Below are positions 1 to 8,641 of a DNA stretch of 50,970 nucleotides, piece by piece. Source of the stretch: Nitrospiraceae bacterium (lineage in GTDB: Bacteria > Nitrospirota > Nitrospiria > Nitrospirales > Nitrospiraceae); NCBI GenBank assembly GCA_052388075.1, contig JBQTIO010000109.1:1-50970 (forward strand), written 5' to 3'. The notes beneath the pieces were generated by a model. It saw nothing but the letters and a program-made list of their open reading frames with translations. It was not told the DNA's origin and did no database searches. The translations under genes were made by a program, and so were the position numbers. Position 1 is the first letter of the stretch. Each line of letters starts with the position of its first letter.

Positions 1-42
1 GATGCTGATGCCTGGGAGATTCTACAGGGGTCGTATCCAAAC

Positions 43-77
43 AGGGACAGTCGCCGGTCGGAAGGGCGACAGTCCCT
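43..77 (-). terminator. Hairpin just downstream of msrB, possible intrinsic terminator
   Basis: AGGGAC-a-GTCGCC (43-55) pairs with GGCGAC-a-GTCCCT (65-77), 4 nt past the msrB stop. Only a weak U-tract (GTTTGG) follows on the minus strand. Confidence 0.45.
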
Positions 78-81
78 CGGG

Positions 82-501
82 CTAGGAGGGGCGGAACGTG
101 AGCGCCACGCCGTTGATGCAATAGCGCCGACCCGTGGGCTTTGGGCCATCCTTGAAGACATGGCCCTGGTGTCCTTCGCAACGGGCACAGTGAACTTCGG
201 TGCGGGGGACGAACAGTTTGAAGTCGGTGCGCGATTCAATCACCCTGGGATCGATCGGCTGCCAGAAACTGGGCCAGCCGGTGTGGCTGTCGTACTTGTG
301 CTCGGACGAAAATAGCGGTAAGTCGCAGCCGGCGCAGCAGTATAGGCCCGGCGCATGGTTCTCATGCAGGGGATTGACAAAGGGCCGCTCGGTATCCTCC
401 TGCCGCAGTACGCGGTAGGCGGCGGGCGCCAGGAGCTTCCTCCATTCGTCGTCTGTCTTCACGACCTTCACGATGGGACCGATCTCGACTTTAACCGGCA
501 T
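82..501 (-). CDS. msrB: Peptide-methionine (R)-S-oxide reductase MsrB
   Basis: GWPSF, RTEVHC, GHVFKDGP and catalytic RYCING motifs; two CxxC Zn motifs (CAGC, CARC); strong SD AAGGAGGT upstream. Confidence 0.96.
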   Translation of the reverse strand: MPVKVEIGPIVKVVKTDDEWRKLLAPAAYRVLRQEDTERPFVNPLHENHAPGLYCCAGCDLPLFSSEHKYDSHTGWPSFWQPIDPRVIESRTDFKLFVPRTEVHCARCEGHQGHVFKDGPKPTGRRYCINGVALTFRPS

Positions 502-539
502 GTGATACCTCCTTCCCCCACCTGGCTGACCTAGCTTGG

Positions 540-566
540 AGTCGCTTTCCCGACCGAATCCTTACA
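540..566 (-). promoter_or_regulatory. Candidate ECF sigma-factor promoter for msrB
   Basis: Minus strand reads TGTAAG-N16-CGACT about 40 nt upstream of the ATG, resembling GTAA(G/C)...CG ECF promoters known at msr genes. Confidence 0.45.
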
Positions 567-613
567 CAGCTCCTCATGGAAGGGCAAGTCGTAAGGATGG
601 GAAAATTATTTGC

Positions 614-642
614 TCGACCGTTAATTCACGGTTCCGTATAAT
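614..642 (+). promoter_or_regulatory. Sigma-70 promoter for the PilZ gene
   Basis: TCGACC-N17-TATAAT. Confidence 0.55.
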
Positions 643-674
643 CCGGCTGCTTGTGCGGGCAGGGAGCGAGCACC

Positions 675-1025
675 GTGGAACAACGTAAACACCAACGTTT
701 CCCCGTCAATTTCCAGGGGGTCTTTTCATCAGCTACGGTGCGGATCGAAGAAGGAGTGGTGCAGGATCTCTCCCTGGGGGGCTGTCGGGTGAGCAGCCCG
801 ATCGCCATGTCTGTCGACACGGCGATTCATCTTCAGATACGGCCCCGGCAGGCTGCCCCGATCTACGTCCCCCTTGCGACCGTACGCTGGATAGGAGCTT
901 CCGCCTTCGGGGTGCAGTTCCGGGAGTTGGCTGAACAGGAATCGAAGGCGCTCACTCGGTTGTTGTGGTCACTGCCTCCTGCAGCGCAGGAGAGTCCTTC
1001 AAGCGAGCGCCACGCGGCGTCCTAG
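675..1025 (+). CDS. Single-domain PilZ protein (c-di-GMP receptor)
   Basis: RKHQR (RxxxR) and DLSLGG (D/NxSxxG) motifs; GTG start at 675 with SD AGGGAG. Confidence 0.88.
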   Translation: MEQRKHQRFPVNFQGVFSSATVRIEEGVVQDLSLGGCRVSSPIAMSVDTAIHLQIRPRQAAPIYVPLATVRWIGASAFGVQFRELAEQESKALTRLLWSLPPAAQESPSSERHAAS

Positions 1026-1107
1026 AGAGCGCGCTCGGAGCCAGCCTGATCAGCCACGCCGGTCCCTTTGCGACGCCGGAGCGTCTGCCATCCGAAAGCA
1101 CTGGTTG

Positions 1108-1833
1108 CTAGGATCTGGTGGCGTGCACGATGAGGTGCGTTCCAAAGAGTAGGTCGTCGCTCAGCACGCGGGAATAGATCCGTTCCAGCGCCACCCCATC
1201 CTTCCTCCTCGACCGTTTCTCCATATGTCTCGCGTGGAGGCGGAGAAGCAGCTCCATGGGAAAGAACAGACGCCAGCTGTACGAACGGAGGTTCGTAAAG
1301 GCTTCATCGACGGTGAGCCCCGCCTTGTAGAGGTAATATTCCAACTCGTGATAACGGATCGGGTAGGCATGGACGTGCGGCCGCCCTTCTTTCTGGTCCC
1401 ATTCGATGGGGGGATAGTTGTAAAAGAGAAAGCTGCCGTCGAGAAGAAACTTGAATCGGCTGCGCAGGTTCAAAATGTTCGGCGTGGACATGAGGACCGC
1501 TCCGCCCGGCCGAAGCACGCGCCTGATCTCGCGACAGAGGGCAAACGGATTGTCAACGTGCTCGATCACTTCGGTGCACACCACATAATCGAAGCTTTCG
1601 TCCTCGAACGGCAACCCCTCCGCGAAATCGCACTGCCGGTAGAAGATGTCTTTCAGCTGCCAGTCGGCTTCGGGGATACAATCGCATGCCGCCATGGAGA
1701 ACCCCAATGAATGCAGACGGGAGGACAGTCTGCCGTCGCCGGTCCCCACATCGAGGACTTTGCCCGGCGCGCGCCCGCTGAACCAGTTGGCCACCGCGTG
1801 ATACAGATCCGTCCCGACCTTCAGAAACGGCAC
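1108..1833 (-). CDS. Class I SAM-dependent methyltransferase (Methyltransf_11/23-like)
   Basis: VLDVGTGDG motif I, LPFEDESFDYVVC, EVIEHV and VLRPGG motifs. Confidence 0.88.
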   Translation of the reverse strand: MPFLKVGTDLYHAVANWFSGRAPGKVLDVGTGDGRLSSRLHSLGFSMAACDCIPEADWQLKDIFYRQCDFAEGLPFEDESFDYVVCTEVIEHVDNPFALCREIRRVLRPGGAVLMSTPNILNLRSRFKFLLDGSFLFYNYPPIEWDQKEGRPHVHAYPIRYHELEYYLYKAGLTVDEAFTNLRSYSWRLFFPMELLLRLHARHMEKRSRRKDGVALERIYSRVLSDDLLFGTHLIVHATRS

Positions 1834-2080
1834 CGGTCCTCCTTGCGCGTCTGCTCACCGAGAGGCGACGTTCGTCCGACAATGCGGTCGCCCTGTCCCG
1901 ACACCGGTGACTTCACCAGGAAGACAACCGGGATCTGACCATTGGATGTGAAGCGATATTGCAGGGGATTGTAGTGCACCTCGATGTGCGCGAGCAAATT
2001 GCGCTGTGCCTCATGTCCCGTGCTCGATCTGATGTGGTCCATCCCCTCGCCCTTTCGGTGGCGCTGGACTCTTATGGATC

Positions 2081-3271
2081 TTACTTCAGCTGGGGCAGTG
2101 CAAGCCCGGCGAGAGCAATCGTGCACAAGACGGCGCCCGCGGCGAAGGTAGAAGCGGCGCCGAATTGATCCCATAGGAATCCGGCAAGCACGCTCGCGAT
2201 GAGCATCGCCGCGCCGCTCGCCAGATTGAAGAAGCCGAAGGCGGTTCCGCGAAGATCGGCGGGCACCCTGTGCGCGATCATCGCGGCCAGCAAGCCTTGC
2301 GTTATCCCGAGATGAAGCCCCCAGAGTCCCACCCCCACCAGAACCAGGCCCCAGTGATCGCTTGCCGCCAGGACCGCATCTGCCGCGATCAAGACCAACA
2401 GGCCGAACGCAAGCAGCCTCCGGTGGCTGACCCGATCCGATAGCCTCCCGAAGGGATAGGCTGACAAGGCGTAAATCACGTTCATTGCTACCATGACGAG
2501 TGGAACGAGGGCCAGGGGAATACCGCCCTGCTGCGCACGAAGAACCAGAAAGGCCTCGCTGAATCGGGCCAGCGTAAAGACGGCACCGAACCCCACAACC
2601 CCCCAGTAGCCTGCGGCTAGACGGGCCAGCGTTTTACGGTGGATGGGATTCCTTCCCCGGGATGTCTGTAGGGGTTGCGGCTCCCGAATGCCGAAGCATA
2701 AGAGCCCGACCGCCATGAATCCCGGCAGGACCGCGACCCAGAAGACTGCCCGGAAATCGTTGGCCCAGAGCAGCATCAAGCCTGCCGCGACCAGTGGGCC
2801 GACGATTGCGCCGACCGTATCGAGCGACTGTCGGAGGCCGAATGCGGCCCCACGAAGATGCGGCGGGGCAATGTCCGCCACAAGGGCATCCCGTGGCGCC
2901 CCGCGGACTCCTTTCCCGATTCTGTCCAGGACCCGGGCGCTCAAGACTGCTCCGACGCCGGCGGCGAGTGGAAAGAGCGGCTTGGTGAAAGCGCTCAGGG
3001 CGTAGCCGAAAACGGCCAGTTCCTTTCGCCTTCCCCAATAGTCGCTCAATGTTCCTGAGAAGACCTTGAGGATGAGCGCGAGCGACTCGCCGAGTCCTTC
3101 CACCAGCCCGACCGCAATGGCGCCGGCTCCCAGACTCGTGACCATGAAGAGGGGCAGCAGGCTATGGATCATTTCCGACGAAATGTCCATGAGGAGGCTG
3201 ACGAAGCCCAGCACCCAGATTCCAGGGGGGATCTGCCGCAGAGCAGGTCCTGCTTTGACCTCACCCGTCAT
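2081..3271 (-). CDS. MFS transporter
   Basis: About 12 hydrophobic segments; GxLSDxxGRR motif A in both halves; DRIGKGVRGAPRDAL family motif. Start chosen at ATG 3271. Confidence 0.9.
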   Translation of the reverse strand: MTGEVKAGPALRQIPPGIWVLGFVSLLMDISSEMIHSLLPLFMVTSLGAGAIAVGLVEGLGESLALILKVFSGTLSDYWGRRKELAVFGYALSAFTKPLFPLAAGVGAVLSARVLDRIGKGVRGAPRDALVADIAPPHLRGAAFGLRQSLDTVGAIVGPLVAAGLMLLWANDFRAVFWVAVLPGFMAVGLLCFGIREPQPLQTSRGRNPIHRKTLARLAAGYWGVVGFGAVFTLARFSEAFLVLRAQQGGIPLALVPLVMVAMNVIYALSAYPFGRLSDRVSHRRLLAFGLLVLIAADAVLAASDHWGLVLVGVGLWGLHLGITQGLLAAMIAHRVPADLRGTAFGFFNLASGAAMLIASVLAGFLWDQFGAASTFAAGAVLCTIALAGLALPQLK

Positions 3272-3402
3272 CGCGCAGGTCCATGGTGAATAGCCTGTAG
3301 CTGACCTGTCCACCTGCGCGATGGTGGAAAGCGGTGGACATTTGTGCTATCCAGTTGTTGCATCGCGGATCCTATCTCGTCGGACGCTCCATAGGTCATC
3401 CG

Positions 3403-3945
3403 GTGAAATTCTGCACCCATTGCGGCGGCCCGGTCAGCCAGAAGATTCCACCCGGCGACAACCTGCCTCGGCACGTATGCAATCAGTGCGAGCTCATTCA
3501 TTACCATAACCCTAAGATCGTTGCAGGCTGTATCCCGGAGTGGGAAGACCAAATCCTCCTCTGTCGCCGCGCGATCGAACCGCGGCTGGGGCTCTGGACG
3601 TTCCCTGCGGGGTTTATGGAAATCGGCGAGAGTACGGAACAGGCGGCGGTTCGGGAGACAAAGGAAGAGGCGCAAGCCGATGTCGCGATCTCGGCGCTCC
3701 ATGCCGTGCTGAGTCTGCCTCATATTGGGCAGGTGTACCTGGTGTTTCGGGGCCGTATGCTTGCGCCGAACTATGAGGCGGGATCGGAGAGTCTGGAAGT
3801 GCGTCTGTTTTCCCTCTCGGCCATTCCATGGGATGACATGGCATTCCCGGTCGTGCGACACGCGCTCAGGCGCTATGCGGACGATGCCCTACGCGGACAG
3901 TTTCAGCTGTATCTGGCCAGCCTCCCGGACCTTCTTCCTCTTTAA
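3403..3945 (+). CDS. Nudix hydrolase with N-terminal Zn-ribbon (ADP-ribose/FAD pyrophosphatase-like)
   Basis: KFCTHCG...VCNQC..IHYHNP ribbon; Nudix box AGFMEIGESTEQAAVRETKEEA; GTG start at 3403. Confidence 0.9.
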   Translation: MKFCTHCGGPVSQKIPPGDNLPRHVCNQCELIHYHNPKIVAGCIPEWEDQILLCRRAIEPRLGLWTFPAGFMEIGESTEQAAVRETKEEAQADVAISALHAVLSLPHIGQVYLVFRGRMLAPNYEAGSESLEVRLFSLSAIPWDDMAFPVVRHALRRYADDALRGQFQLYLASLPDLLPL

Positions 3946-4004
3946 GCGGAGCGACCGGGCGATACGACCAGTGGTAGCACGCAGGGGAGGATTGTGCTGG
4001 AAGG

Positions 4005-4331
4005 CTAGGCTCGTCCGACCTCTGCTGAGAGCTGGTCGATGACGCGGCTGAGCCGCTCCTGGTGCGGAGCGCCCACGGTCAAAAACTCCACGCCGATACC
4101 GTGTGATCCTGTCCAGCGTACTGCCGCATTGCTGATGGTGATCGGGAGGGACTCGCCCGGCAGCTCAATGCGCAACTCGATCTGCATGCCGGTAAAGGGA
4201 CGGATCACGCTCTCGACCCGACAGCCCTTGAGCGACAGGTCCCTCAGGGAGCCCTTGTATCGCAGTTTATCTCGTTGAATCAGAGTGCTGGGGATGGTGA
4301 CGGGAAAGCGCGGGAACTTCCGAACAACCAT
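4005..4331 (-). CDS. Single-domain PilZ protein
   Basis: RKFPR and DLSLKG motifs; VRW...GIGVEF C-terminal strand. Confidence 0.88.
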   Translation of the reverse strand: MVVRKFPRFPVTIPSTLIQRDKLRYKGSLRDLSLKGCRVESVIRPFTGMQIELRIELPGESLPITISNAAVRWTGSHGIGVEFLTVGAPHQERLSRVIDQLSAEVGRA

Positions 4332-4402
4332 GGTGCGCCCTCTTAAACGGAGTCTTTGTGGAGAGCCGGCATCTCTGGCCTGGTTCTGCCTTCCTCTGAA
4401 GC

Positions 4403-4431
4403 AGGCTATTGGTCCAGGGCGTTCTTGTCAA
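4403..4431 (-). promoter_or_regulatory. Sigma-70 promoter for the PilZ gene at 4331
   Basis: TTGACA-N17-TAGCCT on the minus strand. Confidence 0.6.
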
Positions 4432-4516
4432 TGAAAACGCCGATCCCGGCGCCGGCTGATCGACGGCGCTCCTCGTTGGCACATGGATCGGACGCGTCGC
4501 AAATCGCACAGGACCG

Positions 4517-4987
4517 TTAGCGACGATGTCCCCAAGGGCGATGGAGCCGGAGACCCCAATAGGGGTGGAAGGAATAGGGTGATCCGTAGATCCAGGGGCG
4601 TCCGAGGTACAGTCCCAGTCCAAAGCCTGGCGGAGAGACATAGCCGTAGTGGTAGGGAGTGGAGAACATGGCCGCTGCGGGGCGGTCTGAAAGTTGTTTC
4701 TGCAGTTCGGAGGTCACGGAGGCTTGTCGCGCGATTTGCTCCTCGAGTCGGCCGACGGCGCCCTGTTGCGCCCGGAGTTCGCCTTCGAGCTGTCCGATCC
4801 TGTCGCGCTGAAATTCGATGAAGGTATTGAGGCAGCGAGTCCGGGCGTCGCCGAGATAATTGGAACATTCCCAGGGAACGGGCGCTTCGGCAGCGCGAAC
4901 GGGCAGAGCTGCAAGTAGGAGAAGGACTGTCAGCCCCCCCACCCATGGCATCCTGTGAAGCGAGGATTGCGCCGGGAAAGTCTCCAT
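4517..4987 (-). CDS. Hypothetical secreted protein (Cys pair, coiled coil, Gly/Tyr/Pro-rich tail)
   Basis: Signal peptide LTVLLLLAALPVRA-A; WECSNY..TRC; heptad-rich segment; aromatic low-complexity C-terminus. Start is 4987 or 4951. Confidence 0.65.
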   Translation of the reverse strand: METFPAQSSLHRMPWVGGLTVLLLLAALPVRAAEAPVPWECSNYLGDARTRCLNTFIEFQRDRIGQLEGELRAQQGAVGRLEEQIARQASVTSELQKQLSDRPAAAMFSTPYHYGYVSPPGFGLGLYLGRPWIYGSPYSFHPYWGLRLHRPWGHRR

Positions 4988-5146
4988 CGTCGCGATACGG
5001 GTCTGCACAGCCGGGTTCCTCCTTTCCGGTTGCCTCTTCACTGACAGGCTACCATGAAAAATGCAGTTTGAACAGAAGCGGCCCGGACGCCAGTGAAATA
5101 CATTTCCGAAGAGGTGGTTGACGGCCTTCCCCGCAGAGGCGCGCGT

Positions 5147-5175
5147 TTGATTTTGGTGAGGCGGGGTCCTACAAT
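5147..5175 (+). promoter_or_regulatory. Sigma-70 promoter of the mutY-mutT-exonuclease operon
   Basis: TTGATT-N17-TACAAT, which supports the mutY start at 5201 rather than 5093. Confidence 0.6.
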
Positions 5176-5200
5176 GCCGAGGGTCAAGCAATGTGAAACT

Positions 5201-5926
5201 ATGGCTCGACGCACCGCTCCTCATTCCCGTCGGCGAAGGCAGGGATCGTCACGGTCGGTTTCAGTCACCCCATCCAATAGGCGTCGATTCCAACAACGTC
5301 TCTTGAAGTGGTATCGAGAGCACGGGCGGGATCTTCCCTGGCGGAGGACGTCGGATCCCTATCACATCCTCGTGTCCGAAGTGATGCTTCAACAGACTCA
5401 GGTCGATCGGGTGATCCCGAAATACCGGGAGTTCCTGGAGCGCTATCCCAGCTTCGAGGACCTGGCGGACGCTCCGGTGGCTGACGTCAAAAGGACCTGG
5501 TATCCCCTGGGCTACAACATACGTCCCGAACGCCTGCACGGCATCGCTTGCGAAACGGTGGAGCGGTACGGGGGGAAATTGCCCAGTGATGCGGAGGAGT
5601 TGCTGCTGTTCAAAGGGATCGGCCGGTACACCGCCGGCGCGATTCGGTCCTTTGCGTTCAATGAGGATGCGCCGATCCTGGACACGAACGTCATACGCGT
5701 CCTGCACCGGGTCTTCGTGGGCGAAGGCATTCCGAAGGCGCAGAAATCGGTCCTGTGGAACTTATCGGAAGGCTTGATTCCGCGCGGGAAGGGGTACGAC
5801 TTCAATCAGGCGATCATGGATTTCGGGGCGATGGTCTGCACGGCGCGGGACCCCTACTGCCTCCTTTGTCCGATGAAGTCGTTCTGCAAGACCTATCCAT
5901 TCGATCCGACGGCGCGTCAAGGATAG
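5201..5926 (+). CDS. mutY: A/G-specific adenine DNA glycosylase MutY, short form lacking the C-terminal domain
   Basis: RDLPWR, SEVMLQQT, LGY, HhH-GPD (KGIGRYTAGAI...LDTNV), NQAIMDFGA, and 4Fe-4S motif C-x6-C-x2-C-x5-C. Confidence 0.88.
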   Translation: MARRTAPHSRRRRQGSSRSVSVTPSNRRRFQQRLLKWYREHGRDLPWRRTSDPYHILVSEVMLQQTQVDRVIPKYREFLERYPSFEDLADAPVADVKRTWYPLGYNIRPERLHGIACETVERYGGKLPSDAEELLLFKGIGRYTAGAIRSFAFNEDAPILDTNVIRVLHRVFVGEGIPKAQKSVLWNLSEGLIPRGKGYDFNQAIMDFGAMVCTARDPYCLLCPMKSFCKTYPFDPTARQG

Positions 5927-5937
5927 CAGAGGGGGCC

Positions 5938-6327
5938 ATGAAGGTCGTCGAGGCGGCGGCGGCGCTCATTCACCGTGACGGCCGCTATTTGATCGCGCGC
6001 CGGAAACCGGGGGTCCACCTGGGGGGCTTCTGGGAATTTCCGGGAGGCAAGCGGGAGCCGGGCGAATCACTCGTGGAATGTCTGCAGCGGGAGTTGTTCG
6101 AGGAGCTGAGAATCCGCGTGGGGCTGCCTGTTCCGTACGGGACGGTCCGGCACGACTATCCGGATAAGATCGTGGAGCTGCACTTCTTCCGGTGTGAAAT
6201 CGAACAGGGGCAGGCGACGCCGGTCGACTGCGAAGAGATCAGATGGGTGCGTCCTGAAGAGCTGGCACACTTCGAGTTTCCGCCTGCGGACGAAGTAATC
6301 ATTCGCGCCTTGGGGCGTGCCCGATAA
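5938..6327 (+). CDS. mutT: 8-oxo-dGTP diphosphatase MutT
   Basis: HLGGFWEFPGGKREPGE..CLQRELFEEL Nudix box, HDYPD, FPPAD; SD GAGGGGG. Confidence 0.88.
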   Translation: MKVVEAAAALIHRDGRYLIARRKPGVHLGGFWEFPGGKREPGESLVECLQRELFEELRIRVGLPVPYGTVRHDYPDKIVELHFFRCEIEQGQATPVDCEEIRWVRPEELAHFEFPPADEVIIRALGRAR

Positions 6328-6337
6328 GGATGTCCCG

Positions 6338-7054
6338 ATGAAAGTCGTGCTGGATATCGAATCCGTCCAGGCTCCGCGCGAGGAATGGGCGCGTCTAGTC
6401 GGAAAAACGCCGGGCTCCGGCGCCTGGGCTCAACCGGAGGGAGGCTTTGATCTCTTTACCGCGGGAGAGGCCGAAGAGCGGCGACATGCGGAGGATGAGC
6501 TGTATGCCAAGTCGGCCTTCGACGGGACCTTCAGTCGCATCGTGTGCATCGGTCTCCTGGAGTTCTCCGATCAGATGGAGGCGCGCAGCGCCGTCGCCTG
6601 GTACGGGACCAATGAACGGGAGTTGCTTCGCCAGTTTTGGGCGCGTGTTGCACAGGATCGACCGACGTTATTTATCACGCACAACGGTCTGGGATTCGAT
6701 CTGCCGTTCATCCGGAAACGCTCGATGATCCATCAAGTAAAGCCCAGCCTCGACATCAATCTGGCGAAATTCCGCACTGAGCCGGTCTATGACACGATGG
6801 CGATCTGGAGCAATTGGGATACGCGAGGATGGGTAAAACTGGATGTGCTCGCGCGGGCCCTACAGGTCGAGACGAAATCCGGGAGCGGGGAGCAGGTTGC
6901 CGAGATGTGGGAGAGGGGGCAAGGGCTGGAACTCGCCCGCTACTGTCTGCAGGACACGTATGTTACGTATGCCTGTTATTGCCGCATGAATTTTCGACAA
7001 CCCCTGTCGCGGGAAGTCGTCCTGCTCCAACCCGAGATCACGGATGTCGACTGA
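6338..7054 (+). CDS. Stand-alone DEDDy 3'-5' exonuclease (PolB exonuclease/RNase H-like)
   Basis: ExoI LDIES, ExoII HNGLGFDLPF and ExoIII YCLQD motifs. Confidence 0.82.
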   Translation: MKVVLDIESVQAPREEWARLVGKTPGSGAWAQPEGGFDLFTAGEAEERRHAEDELYAKSAFDGTFSRIVCIGLLEFSDQMEARSAVAWYGTNERELLRQFWARVAQDRPTLFITHNGLGFDLPFIRKRSMIHQVKPSLDINLAKFRTEPVYDTMAIWSNWDTRGWVKLDVLARALQVETKSGSGEQVAEMWERGQGLELARYCLQDTYVTYACYCRMNFRQPLSREVVLLQPEITDVD

Positions 7055-7066
7055 CGGTCACGCTGA

Positions 7067-8047
7067 TCAGTGAGACGGCCTGGCTTCGGCCGTCTTCTTT
7101 TTCGGTCCCGTGAACCTCGACACCTTGTCGGCCTTCAGGGCTTTCACTTCCGCGTTGCGCTCGCGCAGTTCCTGCTTCAGCCAGTCGATTTCTTTCTTCA
7201 GCAAGCCGATCTCCGACTCCTTCATCTTGTTGGATTCGCGGGTTTGACGAAGCTCGTCCAGTTTGCGGCTTAGCAGCTCGTCATTACTCATTTCAGACGA
7301 TGCCGAGTTGCCTGCTGCGGAAAGAGCGGCGGCCGGCGTTGGAACCGCTTCGGAAGTGTCCTGTTTCGAGGGAGTCTTCGCGCTCACGGCGACCGGTGCC
7401 GGGGAAACCGCCAGGGGTTTCGGTTCAGCCGCAGCGGGTGTCGCGGCCGATATCGGAGTCTTGGCGAGAGCCTGGTAGTCGATCACGAGCGAGAGAGCCT
7501 CGGTAGCGGATCCTGCCGCGTAGGACGGCGCCTTCTCGATGCGAGCCGCAGCGGTCGGCATGAAGCCCAACACCTTCCTGCTCTGTGAGGGAGCGAGCGT
7601 CAGGTAGATCGAGCTTTGCTGCACGTAGAGGGTGCCCGCAGCAGGTTCAGCGCCTGACCCTGCCGATGGAGACACCGTGAAACCGACGATCTGCTCCGGT
7701 CTCGCTTGCAATAGTGCTTGGGCTAGCAGGGGAGCCAAGAACTCGGCGTCTTCATCGCTGAATATTCTCATCGGCTTGCTGCCGCTGGCGGGCACTTTTG
7801 TCGGCGCTTTCGTTGCCTCGTCGACCACGATGCCTTTCACCACTTTGAGGATGGTCATCTGGTCGAGCACCACGGGGTGGCCCGCCTCAAACGACCAATC
7901 GGCAACTTCCTTCAGGTAGACCAATCCTCGGGCGCTCTTGTGAATTTTTGTTCCTCCGGAAAACAGCGAGCATCCGGACACGACAAGACAAAGCAACAAC
8001 AGGGCGCCGGCATATCGAAGGCCTCGAGTGGAGACTGATGCGCTCAT
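7067..8047 (-). CDS. Hypothetical lipoprotein with Ala/Pro linker and C-terminal coiled coil
   Basis: Signal peptide with lipobox VSGC; long ORF with coding-like composition. Confidence 0.75.
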   Translation of the reverse strand: MSASVSTRGLRYAGALLLLCLVVSGCSLFSGGTKIHKSARGLVYLKEVADWSFEAGHPVVLDQMTILKVVKGIVVDEATKAPTKVPASGSKPMRIFSDEDAEFLAPLLAQALLQARPEQIVGFTVSPSAGSGAEPAAGTLYVQQSSIYLTLAPSQSRKVLGFMPTAAARIEKAPSYAAGSATEALSLVIDYQALAKTPISAATPAAAEPKPLAVSPAPVAVSAKTPSKQDTSEAVPTPAAALSAAGNSASSEMSNDELLSRKLDELRQTRESNKMKESEIGLLKKEIDWLKQELRERNAEVKALKADKVSRFTGPKKKTAEARPSH

Positions 8048-8080
8048 AGCGTTTGTCCTCCGTTGTCGCTCAGCCTCGAA

Positions 8081-8212
8081 CTACCAGATCCCCAGACCCA
8101 TGAGTACCATGCCTACGGTGAGCCATCCGAGGATACCGATAGAGATGATGGATTCGAGCGTCATGCGAGACTCCGAAGAATCGGGTGGAGTGGGGGCCTT
8201 TAAGAGTTTCAT
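8081..8212 (-). CDS. Small (43 aa) single-pass membrane protein
   Basis: MKLLKAPTPPDSSESRMTLESIISIGILGWLTVGMVLMGLGIW. Lies between a sigma-54 promoter and the lipoprotein gene; the GTG at 8269 is upstream of the predicted TSS. Confidence 0.55.
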   Translation of the reverse strand: MKLLKAPTPPDSSESRMTLESIISIGILGWLTVGMVLMGLGIW

Positions 8213-8269
8213 GAGGAGCAGGGCTGTATCCCGGGCTTCCAGCGATTCATGATGATCGACAAAATACAC

Positions 8270-8285
8270 AGCAAAGTCCGTGCCT
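8270..8285 (-). promoter_or_regulatory. Sigma-54 (RpoN) -24/-12 promoter
   Basis: Minus strand AGGCACGGACTTTGCT versus consensus TGGCACG-N4-TTGCW (GG-N10-GC). Confidence 0.7.
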
Positions 8286-8641
8286 TCCTGAACAGGCTGT
8301 TTCCGTTGTTGACATGAGTCGTCCCAGCCGTTTCAGCATCGAGGTCAGCATGAGCTGCCGAGAGACCATGGCATAGAATGAGCCGATGGGCTCATGAATA
8401 TCTCACGCGAAATCATATGGTTATTTTCGTGGGGTTCTCCGGCTGCTCATGGAGGCACCCCGTCGGTATCCGGAGGGGGCGCGTCGTTCGAGGTGGCGCC
8501 AAAGGGAAGGCTTGGAAAAGGTTTGTGACCAACCGTCAGAAAATGTTCATGCCGAATGGTTGGACGTGCAGATTTGTCCCGGCTGGCATAGGCCCGTCGA
8601 ACGATGACTGCCAGGCCCTCAGCTGATCGGGAGTCGAAAAA

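Noticed and set aside
1959-2168. 69-aa plus-strand ORF between the methyltransferase and MFS genes
   Set aside because: TTG start with no SD, overlaps the MFS 3' end in antisense, and has no recognisable motif.
5755-5937. Programmed -1 frameshift fusing mutY to mutT
   Set aside because: The mutT frame is open here, but there is no X-XXY-YYZ slippery site after the Fe-S motif and mutT has its own SD and ATG.
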